Positions 43,806 to 53,246 are shown, numbered from the stretch's first letter. The stretch is DNA of 64,000 nucleotides from Candidatus Acidiferrales bacterium (GCA_035533875.1 DATLSZ010000001.1:3614-67613), one strand, 5' to 3'. The notes: a model not told the origin generated them from the sequence alone. A program made the numbers and translations.

Positions 43806-45063
43806 CCTCTTGTTCGTCGCACCCCACCAATACAAAGCACATGCACAAGACGCGGACATGAATGCGGGCGAAACAATAACCAACAACATCATTATGCCAG
43901 AAAGCGCAACAACACAACAAGCAGATACCGTCCAAAACGGATTCAAGATCTGGCAATTTAATATGCAAAATAATGGACAGACAGATATTACCAACCCTAC
44001 AATTACTCTGAAAAGTGGATACGATTCTTCCATCTTTGATTCGGTTCCTTCATTCCCTTATATTTATAACCTCCCAACCCTTACACCCGGTCAGGATTAT
44101 AGTACAGATTGGTTGATGCCGACCGATGCAGCAGATTTTAATATCATCCAACCAAATTATTCTACGGCAGTCAGCTTCACCACTGGATATGATTCGACAA
44201 GAACTGTCAGTCCTGAAATGATCCCTGTTGGTGGTACACAGCAGACGGTTACAATTACCCTGACACCGGTAGATTCCCAGTATGCGTCTGAACTCTCTGG
44301 TCTTGGTATTTTACTTTCCACAAACGTACCTGACGTAACTGTAGTTTCTACAACCTATCCGGCCAATCTTGATCAGGGAGAGCAAGTTTCAAGTTCATCA
44401 GAATCCGGTGATCTAACGGATTGGACGCTTAATAATAGTCAACTGAACAAACAATATACATTCACAGTGATTCTTAACGTACCCAACAACACCGGTCAAC
44501 CGTTTGCTTTTCGACCGGAAGTCCACTTCTGGGGTAGTTGGAAAACGGCATTTCAAGAAGCTGTCGGTCCTAGTGTTACCATTACCGACTCATCACTTGA
44601 TGGTAATACCCCGGGCATCGGTGCTGTGACCTATGCTATTGCAGAAACAGACCGCACATGGTCCTACGGCCAACAACTACAGCGTGATGTGATATATCAG
44701 GGTACGCAGCCGGCGGGCCCGATGGACGTATCTATTCTCATAAAACCGGGGAGCAATCAACCTGCACCCATTAATCCAAAAAGCCAGGGAGTTATTCCGG
44801 TTGCCATCCTTTCAACTGATACCTTTGACGCGACAACCGTTGATCCAAAAACAATAACATTTGGCAAAATGGGTATGGGACCCAAAGTATCATCAACTCA
44901 AAATTCGCTTGAAGATGTCAATAAAGATGGAATGACTGACATGGTACTCCACTTTCCAAATGAACTTGAGTGCGGTGTGACAACTGCTACACTAAACGGT
45001 CAGACAAAAGACGGCCAGCAGATCAACGGCTCCGCATCGGTTAACACAGTAGGCTGCAACTAA
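43765..45063 (+). CDS. exported beta-rich protein, function unknown
   Basis: Signal peptide MKRNPLLIFTLLLGLLFVAPHQYKAHA, paralogous to the previous gene's. The C-terminal segment GVIPVAILSTDTFDATTVDP...DVNKDGMTDMVLHF resembles extracellular Ig-like/Ca-binding modules. Confidence 0.7.
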   Translation: MKRNPLLIFTLLLGLLFVAPHQYKAHAQDADMNAGETITNNIIMPESATTQQADTVQNGFKIWQFNMQNNGQTDITNPTITLKSGYDSSIFDSVPSFPYIYNLPTLTPGQDYSTDWLMPTDAADFNIIQPNYSTAVSFTTGYDSTRTVSPEMIPVGGTQQTVTITLTPVDSQYASELSGLGILLSTNVPDVTVVSTTYPANLDQGEQVSSSSESGDLTDWTLNNSQLNKQYTFTVILNVPNNTGQPFAFRPEVHFWGSWKTAFQEAVGPSVTITDSSLDGNTPGIGAVTYAIAETDRTWSYGQQLQRDVIYQGTQPAGPMDVSILIKPGSNQPAPINPKSQGVIPVAILSTDTFDATTVDPKTITFGKMGMGPKVSSTQNSLEDVNKDGMTDMVLHFPNELECGVTTATLNGQTKDGQQINGSASVNTVGCN

Positions 45064-45091
45064 CTTCACTTGTTTAAGTTTAAACATAACC

Positions 45092-45120
45092 TTGACTTCT
45101 CCCCTTCTTTTTTCCATAGT
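45092..45120 (+). promoter_or_regulatory. sigma70-type promoter, leaderless configuration
   Basis: TTGACT-17 nt-CATAGT; ATG 45127 lies 6 nt after the -10. Confidence 0.55.
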
Positions 45121-45126
45121 TAAAGT

Positions 45127-45507
45127 ATGAGTAAGAATAAACTTCCTCAGTGGGCTACGACGATGACGCCATTTTCCAAATACCTCGCACTTTCAATGCT
45201 TGTCATTTTACCTGTTCTCGCGTTTTTTTACGGCACGTATTATCAACGGCAGATCGATAAGAAAAAACCACAGCAGGGAACAATTATATTTAAAATACTC
45301 CCCACGCGATCACCGTCTGCTTTTCCATCGATTTCTCAACCGATTTCGGCGTCTCCCTCCCAACCAGCAAGTGGCAGCATAAAATGCAATACCAACGCCG
45401 ACTGTCCGCCGGACTATCTCTGTACACAAGTGGGACCAATTGTTTATACACCACATAAGAAACCCCAACTGACATGCTGGAAAAAAGGCTCTGCTATGCC
45501 TTTATAA
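45127..45507 (+). CDS. small membrane-anchored Cys-containing protein
   Basis: TM LALSMLVILPVLAFFYG, Ser/Pro linker, 4-Cys C-terminal module. ATG lies 6 nt after CATAGT. Confidence 0.6.
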   Translation: MSKNKLPQWATTMTPFSKYLALSMLVILPVLAFFYGTYYQRQIDKKKPQQGTIIFKILPTRSPSAFPSISQPISASPSQPASGSIKCNTNADCPPDYLCTQVGPIVYTPHKKPQLTCWKKGSAMPL

Positions 45508-45594
45508 AAACTTTCTCATCACACGACTCTTTGTAAGAAAATGTTCCGATAATTTTCACACGCCTTTTAGCCTCGATTTTCGTGCCTGATCAGC

Positions 45595-45623
45595 TTGACA
45601 TCACCCTGTGAAATGTATACAGT
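45595..45623 (+). promoter_or_regulatory. sigma70-type promoter with ~70-nt leader
   Basis: TTGACA-17 nt-TACAGT (or TGTATACA). The leader contains the hairpin CGTAAG-N10-CTTACG. Confidence 0.45.
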
Positions 45624-45701
45624 GAGATAAGAACCGTAAGAAAAACGTAAGAAAAGAAGAGCTTACGCAGTACATTAAGCGACAATAAAGAATTTATCTC
45701 T

Positions 45702-46283
45702 ATGAATCAGGCTTTATCTCCCAAACCGAAAGTATTCCGGCAGAACTGGAATGTATCACAACCATTTATGCAGAAATACTTCGTCGAGAATTTATTTTCA
45801 CTCGCAGTAATCCAGAAAAGAACAAGAACGAGGATAACTATGGACGTACTATACAACCAAATCAACACACAAGAAATTCCCCTTGTCACGGATCTCCTGC
45901 TGGAAAATCTCCCGTCGGTTCTTGCAACCACCTGCTACAATGAGCAAGATCTCCCCTTCTGTGAAGAAGTACAAAATACCGAAATCGGACACCTCTTCGA
46001 ACATATCCTTCTTGAATACCTCTGCCAATACAAAATGAAAAAAGGCGCCAGACGCGCAACCTATGCCGGACGGACCACATGGAACTGGGTTCGTGATCCT
46101 TTTGGGAGATTTCATATTCACCTCACCTGCGGCACAAAAGACGCGGATATCCTGCCAATTGCGCTGGAACAAACAGTCGGACTCATGAAGATAATTCTCG
46201 GATACAATCCGCAACCACTTTTCTCAACAAGCGCGAGATCGACTGCCCGAAATGGATTAAAGAATGGAGAAAGGAGGTGGTGA
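45702..46283 (+). CDS. hypothetical protein
   Basis: 193-aa ORF. In-frame ATG 45840, preceded by GAGGA, is an alternative start giving 147 aa. No family recognised. Confidence 0.5.
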   Translation: MNQALSPKPKVFRQNWNVSQPFMQKYFVENLFSLAVIQKRTRTRITMDVLYNQINTQEIPLVTDLLLENLPSVLATTCYNEQDLPFCEEVQNTEIGHLFEHILLEYLCQYKMKKGARRATYAGRTTWNWVRDPFGRFHIHLTCGTKDADILPIALEQTVGLMKIILGYNPQPLFSTSARSTARNGLKNGERRW

Positions 46284-46287
46284 TATG

Positions 46288-47286
46288 TTATTGAAATTTC
46301 CCAAAGAGGTATTGCGCGCGCTTTTTGTTATGTTCTGTCACATCAACAACAACAATTCCGCGGTCAAACTGCCCGTATATAACAACAGCAGACAATGGAG
46401 CAAGGAGTATCGCCGGAATCGCCAGTAAATCCTCCTCACCATTTACGGCTATCAGCTGCTCTGTGTGGTTTGTTAAATAATTGGAAATTGCTGCAAATAT
46501 CGTTTTCGCTGCTTTTTGAGTAATTGTCCCTGCGGGGTTTTCCGTTGTTCTGCGTGTCATTTCAGAAAATGAATTGGCACGTGTGGGCTCTAAATTCTGC
46601 CTGCGCGTCTTACCGTCGGTGATATTGATCTCCGCCAGTCTTCCTGCCTGCTGAGCGGACGCTGCCACAATATCGCCGACTGCGATCAAAATCGTACGCG
46701 GCTGAAGTAATGAAATAACTTCATGCATATCGGTATAGACCGGCCCGATCGGATGTCGCATCTCATCACGCGCTTCTTCGGGAAGAACATACACTTCCTG
46801 TCTTTCAAATAATTTGCTGTAGGACTTCCCTTCCCGGTCGATAAGTCCCTTGCGGATCCGCGCTGAAGAGATCATCTCACCGTCATCACCAAGAACAAAA
46901 GGAACTGTGATGATCTCTAAAGATTTAAAACCCCGTTTATCCCGTTCCTCATTTATTTTCAGCGCATTTGGCTTGGTGCTTTCGGTGACAAAGATCGCGT
47001 CAATAGAATCTGAATCGATACTCGTTCCGTAGATGTCATTGATCTGGATTATTTCTGAGCGATCGGTAAAACCATTGTCTGAAAGGAATTGTACAACAGC
47101 TTTTTCGCGGTCATTATATTCTTCAATAAGCAGCGCCAATTTTTTATTTTCATACAATTCCACAGTCGCGATACCGATAGTAACGTTCTCGGATTGTTCA
47201 AAAGCAGTTGTTAATAATTTTCGATGTCCGGCATGAAAGCGGTCAAACGTCCCGCCGACCACTGAGAGGTGAAATTGATACGACAT
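46288..47286 (-). CDS. fusion of archaeal-type phosphopantetheine adenylyltransferase and DUF359 (GTP-dependent dephospho-CoA kinase family)
   Basis: N-terminus VVGGTFDRFHAGHRKLL (cytidylyltransferase HxGH). C-terminal half VGDIVAAS...ITDGKTRR...NGEEDLLAIP...VIYGQFDRGIVVV matches DUF359. ATG 47286 lies 7 nt after TATACT. Confidence 0.75.
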   Translation of the reverse strand: MSYQFHLSVVGGTFDRFHAGHRKLLTTAFEQSENVTIGIATVELYENKKLALLIEEYNDREKAVVQFLSDNGFTDRSEIIQINDIYGTSIDSDSIDAIFVTESTKPNALKINEERDKRGFKSLEIITVPFVLGDDGEMISSARIRKGLIDREGKSYSKLFERQEVYVLPEEARDEMRHPIGPVYTDMHEVISLLQPRTILIAVGDIVAASAQQAGRLAEINITDGKTRRQNLEPTRANSFSEMTRRTTENPAGTITQKAAKTIFAAISNYLTNHTEQLIAVNGEEDLLAIPAILLAPLSAVVIYGQFDRGIVVVDVTEHNKKRAQYLFGKFQ

Positions 47287-47293
47287 ACACAAA

Positions 47294-47322
47294 AGTATAC
47301 TGTGCTGAGCCAAATTCCGCAA
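47294..47322 (-). promoter_or_regulatory. sigma70-type promoter, leaderless configuration (PPAT-DPCK fusion)
   Basis: TTGCGG-17 nt-TATACT, then 7 nt, then ATG 47286. Confidence 0.55.
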
Positions 47323-47523
47323 CGTTATGTTTTGAGAATAATGTGCTTAGTGATTTCTTATAAGCGAGGAAAAAGAATTTTCGCCAGGACGAATGCCTCT
47401 TTCACATAGACTAGCATTCTGATGGTGCTCGGAGAGCGGAGGTACAAATTAAACTAAAACTCTAAAGGCGGGTCCAAGAAAAAAATCATTCCGAGCGATA
47501 AATAAGTTTGATGCTTGATCAAA

Positions 47524-48204
47524 TCATTTCCCAAACCGTCTTTCTCTTCGCTCGTATTCCGCAAGCGCGTTGTCGAATTCTTTCTCATCAAAATCCGGCC
47601 AGAACGTATCGGTGAAATATAATTCGCTATAAACACTCTGCCATGGTAGATAACCGCTCAACCGTTGAGATCCACCGGTACGGATCACGAGATCCGGATC
47701 AGGCTGGTGCTTGGTGTATAAATACTGCGAAATCAATTCTTCCGTAATATCATTCTTATCGATCTTATCCGTAACAATTTGTTGCACGGCTTGCACGATC
47801 TCCTCCCTGCCTCCGTAGTTGAGCGCGATATTGACAGTGATCTTGGTATTGTCCTTGGATTCCTCAATAACCTTTGCTATCCCCTTTTGGATGTCTTCTG
47901 GAAAAGCTATAAGATTTCCCAGAACCTGGATCTTCCCGCCTTTTTTGATCAATTTTTTCAAGAGTCCTCCCCGCAGAGCAGTACGGAAAAGATCCATCAG
48001 ATAACCGACCTCTTTCTGATCCCTGCGCCAATTTTCCGTGGAGAACGCCCAGAACGTGATATACGGTATATCATGATCCTGCGCGCGCTGGACGATCTTT
48101 TCAATTTGCTGGTATCCTTTCCGATGTCCGGCAAAAGCCGGAAGTTTTTTCTCCCTCGCCCAGCGGCGATTTCCATCCATAATAAGAGCAATGTGATTTA
48201 TCAT
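47524..48204 (-). CDS. uppS: isoprenyl transferase (undecaprenyl diphosphate synthase)
   Basis: IALIMDGNRRWA, FSTENWRR, RTGGSQRLS(G/N). Confidence 0.95.
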   Translation of the reverse strand: MINHIALIMDGNRRWAREKKLPAFAGHRKGYQQIEKIVQRAQDHDIPYITFWAFSTENWRRDQKEVGYLMDLFRTALRGGLLKKLIKKGGKIQVLGNLIAFPEDIQKGIAKVIEESKDNTKITVNIALNYGGREEIVQAVQQIVTDKIDKNDITEELISQYLYTKHQPDPDLVIRTGGSQRLSGYLPWQSVYSELYFTDTFWPDFDEKEFDNALAEYERRERRFGK

Positions 48205-48292
48205 ATTAATCTAAAATCTCAAAAATCAAATGTCAAATCTACATCTCAAATATAAAATCTTTTAAAATTTTGAGATTTGCGATTTGAAATTG
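48205..48292 (-). repeat. tandem-unit hairpin element, family 2
   Basis: ATCTCAAA (48243-48250) pairs with TTTGAGAT (48270-48277), and TCAAATC (48232-48238) with GATTTGA (48281-48287). The sense strand ends GAGATTTTAGATTAAT-ATG of uppS. One arm encodes the idi C-terminal tail. Confidence 0.75.
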
Positions 48293-48804
48293 GAATTATT
48301 CTTTAATTCTTCCACTTGTTCCCTGCACCATTTCGAATACTTCCTCGGATTTTTCTTAATGCTTTTCTGAAACTCTTCCCAATCAACCCATTCATATTCC
48401 TCAACTTCTTCCGGATTTGGACGGGGTTCTTTTGACACTGTCGCGATATAGACCGGACAAATTTCGTTTTCAACTATACCATTCATCTTTGCAGTATAGC
48501 GGAAATTCGGCAGGATAAGTTTTATTTTTTTGGGTTGTAAACCGAGTTCAAGTTGCAATCTTCGCTGTATCGCATCTTCGGTCTTTTCACCCGGCCCAGG
48601 ATGTCCACAACAGCTGTTGGTCCATATTCCCGGAAACACTTTTTTACTCAGTGCCCTTTGGGTCAGGAGAAACTTGCCCTCTTTATTAAATACATACACC
48701 GAAAAAGCCCGATGCAGCGGCGTATGCGCAGTATGTGCTTCAAGCTTCGGCATCGTACCGATTTCTTCATTGTTATCATTCACGAGTACAACCAATTCTT
48801 CCAT
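48262..48804 (-). CDS. idi: isopentenyl-diphosphate delta-isomerase, type 1 (Nudix)
   Basis: HRAFSVYVFN, WTNSCCGHP, ENEICPVY. The last ~10 codons are encoded by the hairpin repeat. Confidence 0.9.
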   Translation of the reverse strand: MEELVVLVNDNNEEIGTMPKLEAHTAHTPLHRAFSVYVFNKEGKFLLTQRALSKKVFPGIWTNSCCGHPGPGEKTEDAIQRRLQLELGLQPKKIKLILPNFRYTAKMNGIVENEICPVYIATVSKEPRPNPEEVEEYEWVDWEEFQKSIKKNPRKYSKWCREQVEELKNNSNFKSQISKF

Positions 48805-48805
48805 A

Positions 48806-49783
48806 TTAAAATAAATGCTTTTTTATCAAATGTGCGCCCTTACTCGGATAATTAATAATCGTGTTTTGTACTTCCTCCATTTCTGAAAGCTTCTTTACAA
48901 CTTTTTTCGCATTCTTTTTTTCACAAATAATATGGACGTCTTGTCCAGTATTGAGAGTAAAATAAACTTCCAACCCTTCTTGCCGCCATTTTTTTACCAG
49001 ATGTAACAAACGCAAACTCGCTGGCAATAAATAGATAAGTGAAGGTTGAGATGTAAGATAAATCGCATGTAATTCAAGTGCCTCAGCTTCTATAACGTTT
49101 CCAAAAGCGGTGAAATTTTTTTCTTTTATATATCGCTTAACCAGACGCATTTTTTCTTTATTAAGTTGCAATCTTCTGTCAAAAAATAGACTCGTTGTTG
49201 CAAGTTTATGTCCCTCTGTAGAACTGATTTCTTTTTTATTGGTACTGACAACCGCAACAACGTCGATAATATCCCAATGATCTTTTGGGTATAACGAAAC
49301 AGCATATGAAGTCTCACTCGTATCGCCATCAAGCCACTCAACAAATCCGTCGGGAATTGATCTGCAAGCAGAACCTGAACCCTGTCTTGCCAGAATCGAT
49401 AATTCTTTTTCTGAAAGTTTCAAACCCGCCGCTGCGGCAGCAGCAACTGTTAATGCTGCAAATCCAGACGCAGAAGATGAAAGACCCGTTGAAGTAGGAA
49501 AATTATTTTTAGAAATAACTTTTGCTTTATACTGTATTTTTGTTAAAGAACGTATTCTATCCAAATGCTTAATGACTCTATTCCCTTCGATTATTTCTTG
49601 AACATTATTAACGGTAATGCTATCTTGATAAAAATCTGAATTAAATTCAACCGTTGTTGTCGTAAGAAGATTACTTAAATTCATTGAAATACTCCCGTTT
49701 TTAGGAAGTCGTAAAACCTCATCTTTGACTCCCCAATATTTGATAAACGCGATATTTGATGGTGCGACTGCTGTAGCTTTCAT
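48806..49783 (-). CDS. mvaD: diphosphomevalonate decarboxylase
   Basis: NIAFIKYWG, GLSSSASGFAAL, GSGSACRS. Confidence 0.9.
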   Translation of the reverse strand: MKATAVAPSNIAFIKYWGVKDEVLRLPKNGSISMNLSNLLTTTTVEFNSDFYQDSITVNNVQEIIEGNRVIKHLDRIRSLTKIQYKAKVISKNNFPTSTGLSSSASGFAALTVAAAAAAGLKLSEKELSILARQGSGSACRSIPDGFVEWLDGDTSETSYAVSLYPKDHWDIIDVVAVVSTNKKEISSTEGHKLATTSLFFDRRLQLNKEKMRLVKRYIKEKNFTAFGNVIEAEALELHAIYLTSQPSLIYLLPASLRLLHLVKKWRQEGLEVYFTLNTGQDVHIICEKKNAKKVVKKLSEMEEVQNTIINYPSKGAHLIKKHLF

Positions 49784-49785
49784 AG

Positions 49786-50769
49786 TTATTGTAAACTCTT
49801 TTCTACACGGACTCCTTCCGCATTTGTCTTGACAGCAATCACTTCACCACCGGCAACAGTAATTGCTTTTTCAACATCCTTTTTCTTTTCTCTTAGCGCA
49901 AGTGCAATCATGCAGTCTCCTCCGCCGGCGCCTGACAATTTTGCACCGTATGCTCCTGCACTTCGCGCGGCATAATTCATCGCCGCCAATGTCTCGGTCT
50001 CTACGCCATAAGCGCTCAATAATCCTTCATTGATATTCATCAACTCACCAAACTTCTCAAAATCTCCAGCGATTAATGCTTTCTTTCCTGTCTCAACACA
50101 TGTCGTACTGACGTCAAAAAGAACAGGATAAATTTTGGGATATTCTTTTAACTTTGCTCCTACCATCTTGACGAGTGTCGGTGTATCACCTTTGCTCCCG
50201 CTATATCCAACAATGAGCGGAAAATTCGCAACAGAAATAGGGGTAATTACTTTTCCTCCACCAACAAAATATAAAATACCTCCATAAATTCCCGCAGCGA
50301 TATCAAACCCGGACCCAACACCTTGAATATCTATAACTGTTTTGTATGCAAGATTAAATAACGATTTGTTATCCAATTTACTCCCGGTTAACTCTGAAAG
50401 AGCTTTCACCATACAGACTGTCGATGCAGATGAAGATCCGAAACCTACTTGTGAAGAAAACGCTGATGACGTCTCGACTCGCAAGCCGCCTTTGAATTGG
50501 TATTTTTTCAGAAAATTTTTAACAGCTATCTCGACAAATTTCGCACCTTTCGGGATCTCTCCTTTACCGAGATCCTTCAAACTTTTTTTATACCCAATCA
50601 CCTTTACACCGGGCGCCTCCAACTGCAATTCCGGGACATCCAAACGGGTAACAGTCGCTTCCATCCGCTGATCAACTGCGGTCACGAGACACGGTCTGTT
50701 ATGCACAACAGCATGATCCCCCAAAAGCATCAATTTCCCCGGTGCTGATACAGTTATTTTTTTCATCAA
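49786..50769 (-). CDS. GHMP kinase, probable phosphomevalonate kinase
   Basis: SAPGKLMLLGDHAVV, GFGSSSAS, KLSGAGGGDC. The second GHMP kinase in a mevalonate operon that lacks an isopentenyl-phosphate kinase. Confidence 0.65.
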   Translation of the reverse strand: MMKKITVSAPGKLMLLGDHAVVHNRPCLVTAVDQRMEATVTRLDVPELQLEAPGVKVIGYKKSLKDLGKGEIPKGAKFVEIAVKNFLKKYQFKGGLRVETSSAFSSQVGFGSSSASTVCMVKALSELTGSKLDNKSLFNLAYKTVIDIQGVGSGFDIAAGIYGGILYFVGGGKVITPISVANFPLIVGYSGSKGDTPTLVKMVGAKLKEYPKIYPVLFDVSTTCVETGKKALIAGDFEKFGELMNINEGLLSAYGVETETLAAMNYAARSAGAYGAKLSGAGGGDCMIALALREKKKDVEKAITVAGGEVIAVKTNAEGVRVEKSLQ

Positions 50770-51806
50770 TTTAACATCACTCCTTCACTTCCCAGCATAA
50801 TATCATACAATGGGTTTTTATTTAATAATAAACTTTTTTTCAGTTTTTCTTTCTCAGGATGATAGACAAGAAGCATTCCTGATCCTTTTTTCCTTCCTCC
50901 TGCACCACAGATCTTTGCAGCCCCTCCTTCTTTTTCAATCAGTGCAATGAGCGATTTTGCCGAATCCGAAACAACGCCTATTTTTTCGAGATTTCGCTCT
51001 CCTCTTTTGATTAGATCCATAAGATTCTCTTCATTACTGTTTTGTAAAACCGAAACCAAATCTCGGGTTACTTGTTCCTGATCAGAAAGAAACTGCGCAA
51101 ACATGCTCCTGTTCTCTTTTTGCAATCTCCCGACAAGACTTACCATTTCACCGGTAGTTTCAGTTGGTCTGCCGCTGTCTATCAATAAAAAATTTGCCTT
51201 TGATTGTAACAATTTTTTGGTAAAAGATTTATTTTGAAAAAGCCCAATGCCTCCATAACAACAAATGGTATTATCTCCTCCTGAAGGGTTTCCATGGATT
51301 CGCTGTTCGATTCGAAAAGCGATGGTGTTAACCGTTTCTTTATCAATCTTTTTCGTAACAAACTGCATTACAGCTGCAACAATAGCTACCGATAGTGCTG
51401 CCGAAGAACCGAGCCCTGATCCGATAGGGATCGCTGAATTGATTATAAGATCAAACTCGGATGGTAGTCTTTTTTGTAAAAAAGCGATCGTTTCTCCTAT
51501 TGCAATTGCAGGCAAATCTACACTATGTAACGTCAATAATGAGCTGTCGTTATTCTTTTGAAATGCATCCCATTTTTTCTCCGCCTCTTTGGTAAGAGCA
51601 ATAATTTCATTGGGAGAATATGTCATTTTTTTATTGAGATTTTCTGAGGTGATAGTGATAGTGTCACTATCTGAAGAGATCAACTGTACAGAGCATCGCA
51701 TGTTAATCGCTGCGAGAAGAGCCGGTTTGCCGTAGACCACCGCATGCTCACCCATCAAATGAATTTTTCCCGGGGCAGAAACAGTTATGCTATTCTGCTT
51801 TTTCAT
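50766..51806 (-). CDS. mvk: mevalonate kinase (GHMP family)
   Basis: SAPGKIHLMGEHAVVYGKPALLAAI, GSGLGSSAA, KICGAGG. Overlaps both neighbours by 4 nt. Confidence 0.75.
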   Translation of the reverse strand: MKKQNSITVSAPGKIHLMGEHAVVYGKPALLAAINMRCSVQLISSDSDTITITSENLNKKMTYSPNEIIALTKEAEKKWDAFQKNNDSSLLTLHSVDLPAIAIGETIAFLQKRLPSEFDLIINSAIPIGSGLGSSAALSVAIVAAVMQFVTKKIDKETVNTIAFRIEQRIHGNPSGGDNTICCYGGIGLFQNKSFTKKLLQSKANFLLIDSGRPTETTGEMVSLVGRLQKENRSMFAQFLSDQEQVTRDLVSVLQNSNEENLMDLIKRGERNLEKIGVVSDSAKSLIALIEKEGGAAKICGAGGRKKGSGMLLVYHPEKEKLKKSLLLNKNPLYDIMLGSEGVMLN

Positions 51807-52102
51807 ACCGGTTTTACTTTTACGCCATACGTGATTATATCTTCTTTACCGGGAAATCCGACTCGACGTATGACAGTAATTACTTTTTGACCGACCGTTA
51901 ATTGCTCTTCATCGTAATCAACCAGCTGGAGTGTTCTCTTTTCTTTATCATCAAATGCAACTATTGCTACGACATAGGGAACTTGCTGTTGGAATCCTGC
52001 CGGTGCAACATAAATTCTCGTCCAGACCACTATTTTTCCAACTCTTCCAAGTTCTTTATGTAATTCTTTTGTTTTTCTCCAAGATGCAATTGTATTTGTC
52101 AT
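51803..52102 (-). CDS. DUF35-like OB-fold protein lacking the zinc ribbon
   Basis: 99 aa, position between thiolase and kinase, OB-like core VPYVVAIVAFDD...QKVITV; contains no cysteine. Confidence 0.6.
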   Translation of the reverse strand: MTNTIASWRKTKELHKELGRVGKIVVWTRIYVAPAGFQQQVPYVVAIVAFDDKEKRTLQLVDYDEEQLTVGQKVITVIRRVGFPGKEDIITYGVKVKPV

Positions 52103-52106
52103 AAAT

Positions 52107-53246
52107 TTAAACCTTTAATATATGGACGACTGCAGTCGCTCCGGTTCCACCGATATTCTGCGTCAGACCGACCTTTGCTTTCGTAACTTGTTTCTTCCCA
52201 CCGCGACCAAGCAATTGATCATAAATCTCAACCAATTGTTTGACTCCTGTAGCTCCAACCGGATGGCCGCATGCCTTCAGACCGCCTGATGTATTCACCG
52301 GCTTTTTTCCGCCAAGTCGTGTCGCCCCGCTGGCAACATATGCTCCGCCTTCACCTTTTTTGCAGAATCCCAGATCTTCCATCGCCAGTAATTCGGCAAT
52401 CGTGAAACAATCATGCACTTCCATAATGTCTATATCTTTTGGTGATACTCCTGCAAGAGAAAACGCTTTTTTCGCTGCATTTTTTGTCGCAGCAAGTTCG
52501 GTCAGACTTGCCCGGTCGGAAATAGCAATGGTATCGGTGACAACCGTGCTTGCGATAATTGAGACTTTCTTCTTTGATGAACTTTTTTTGGCAGTCAATA
52601 CGAGTGCCGCCGCGCCGTCTGTTATCGGTGACGAATCAAGAAGGGTGAACGGATCGGTCACTTTGGAACTATTCAAAACTTTTTCAATGGATACTTCAAA
52701 AGGAAATTGCGCTTTACTATTGAGACTTGCATGATAATGATTCTTTACCGCGACGTGTGCCATATGTTCCCGCGTCGTACCAAACTCCTGCATGTGTGCT
52801 TTCGCAAGTAGCGCATAGAGCGCCGGAAATGTCAGACCTGCTTCTCGCTCTTCTTCAGATCCTGCACGCATGAGAAGCGAGCTGATTTCCTCCGGCGGAA
52901 AATCCGTCATCTTTTCGACACCTACAACAAGAACTGTTTCATAGGTACCGGCAAGAAGTGATTGAATTGCCAGATGCACTGCCAGTCCACCGGATGCGCA
53001 TGCGCCTTCGATCTTAAATGCACTTTTATTAATCCCCAGTGCCGATGTAACTGCCGCGCCCAAATGTTCTTGTCTCTGCAAGGTGCCGGAAAGCATATTG
53101 CCGACAAAAACTCCTTCAATATCTTTCAGAGAAACAGCAGCATCTTTTATGGCTTCAGATGCGGCATCGGTCGCAAGATCGATAAGTGTTTTTGTCCAAT
53201 GTTCACCAAATTTTGTTACCGCAGCGCCTGCTATGTGTACATTCAT
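52107..53246 (-). CDS. thiolase (archaeal-type acetyl-CoA acetyltransferase)
   Basis: Active-site EGACASGG, VHDCF, GGLKACGHPVGATG. Confidence 0.85.
   Translation of the reverse strand: MNVHIAGAAVTKFGEHWTKTLIDLATDAASEAIKDAAVSLKDIEGVFVGNMLSGTLQRQEHLGAAVTSALGINKSAFKIEGACASGGLAVHLAIQSLLAGTYETVLVVGVEKMTDFPPEEISSLLMRAGSEEEREAGLTFPALYALLAKAHMQEFGTTREHMAHVAVKNHYHASLNSKAQFPFEVSIEKVLNSSKVTDPFTLLDSSPITDGAAALVLTAKKSSSKKKVSIIASTVVTDTIAISDRASLTELAATKNAAKKAFSLAGVSPKDIDIMEVHDCFTIAELLAMEDLGFCKKGEGGAYVASGATRLGGKKPVNTSGGLKACGHPVGATGVKQLVEIYDQLLGRGGKKQVTKAKVGLTQNIGGTGATAVVHILKV

Noticed and set aside
45960-46010. HLFEH (HxxEH) motif in the 45702-46283 protein as a sign of an M16 (pitrilysin) metallopeptidase
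   Set aside because: The protein is at most 193 aa, against more than 400 aa for M16 domains, and lacks the downstream Glu-containing motif. A five-residue match is not enough.
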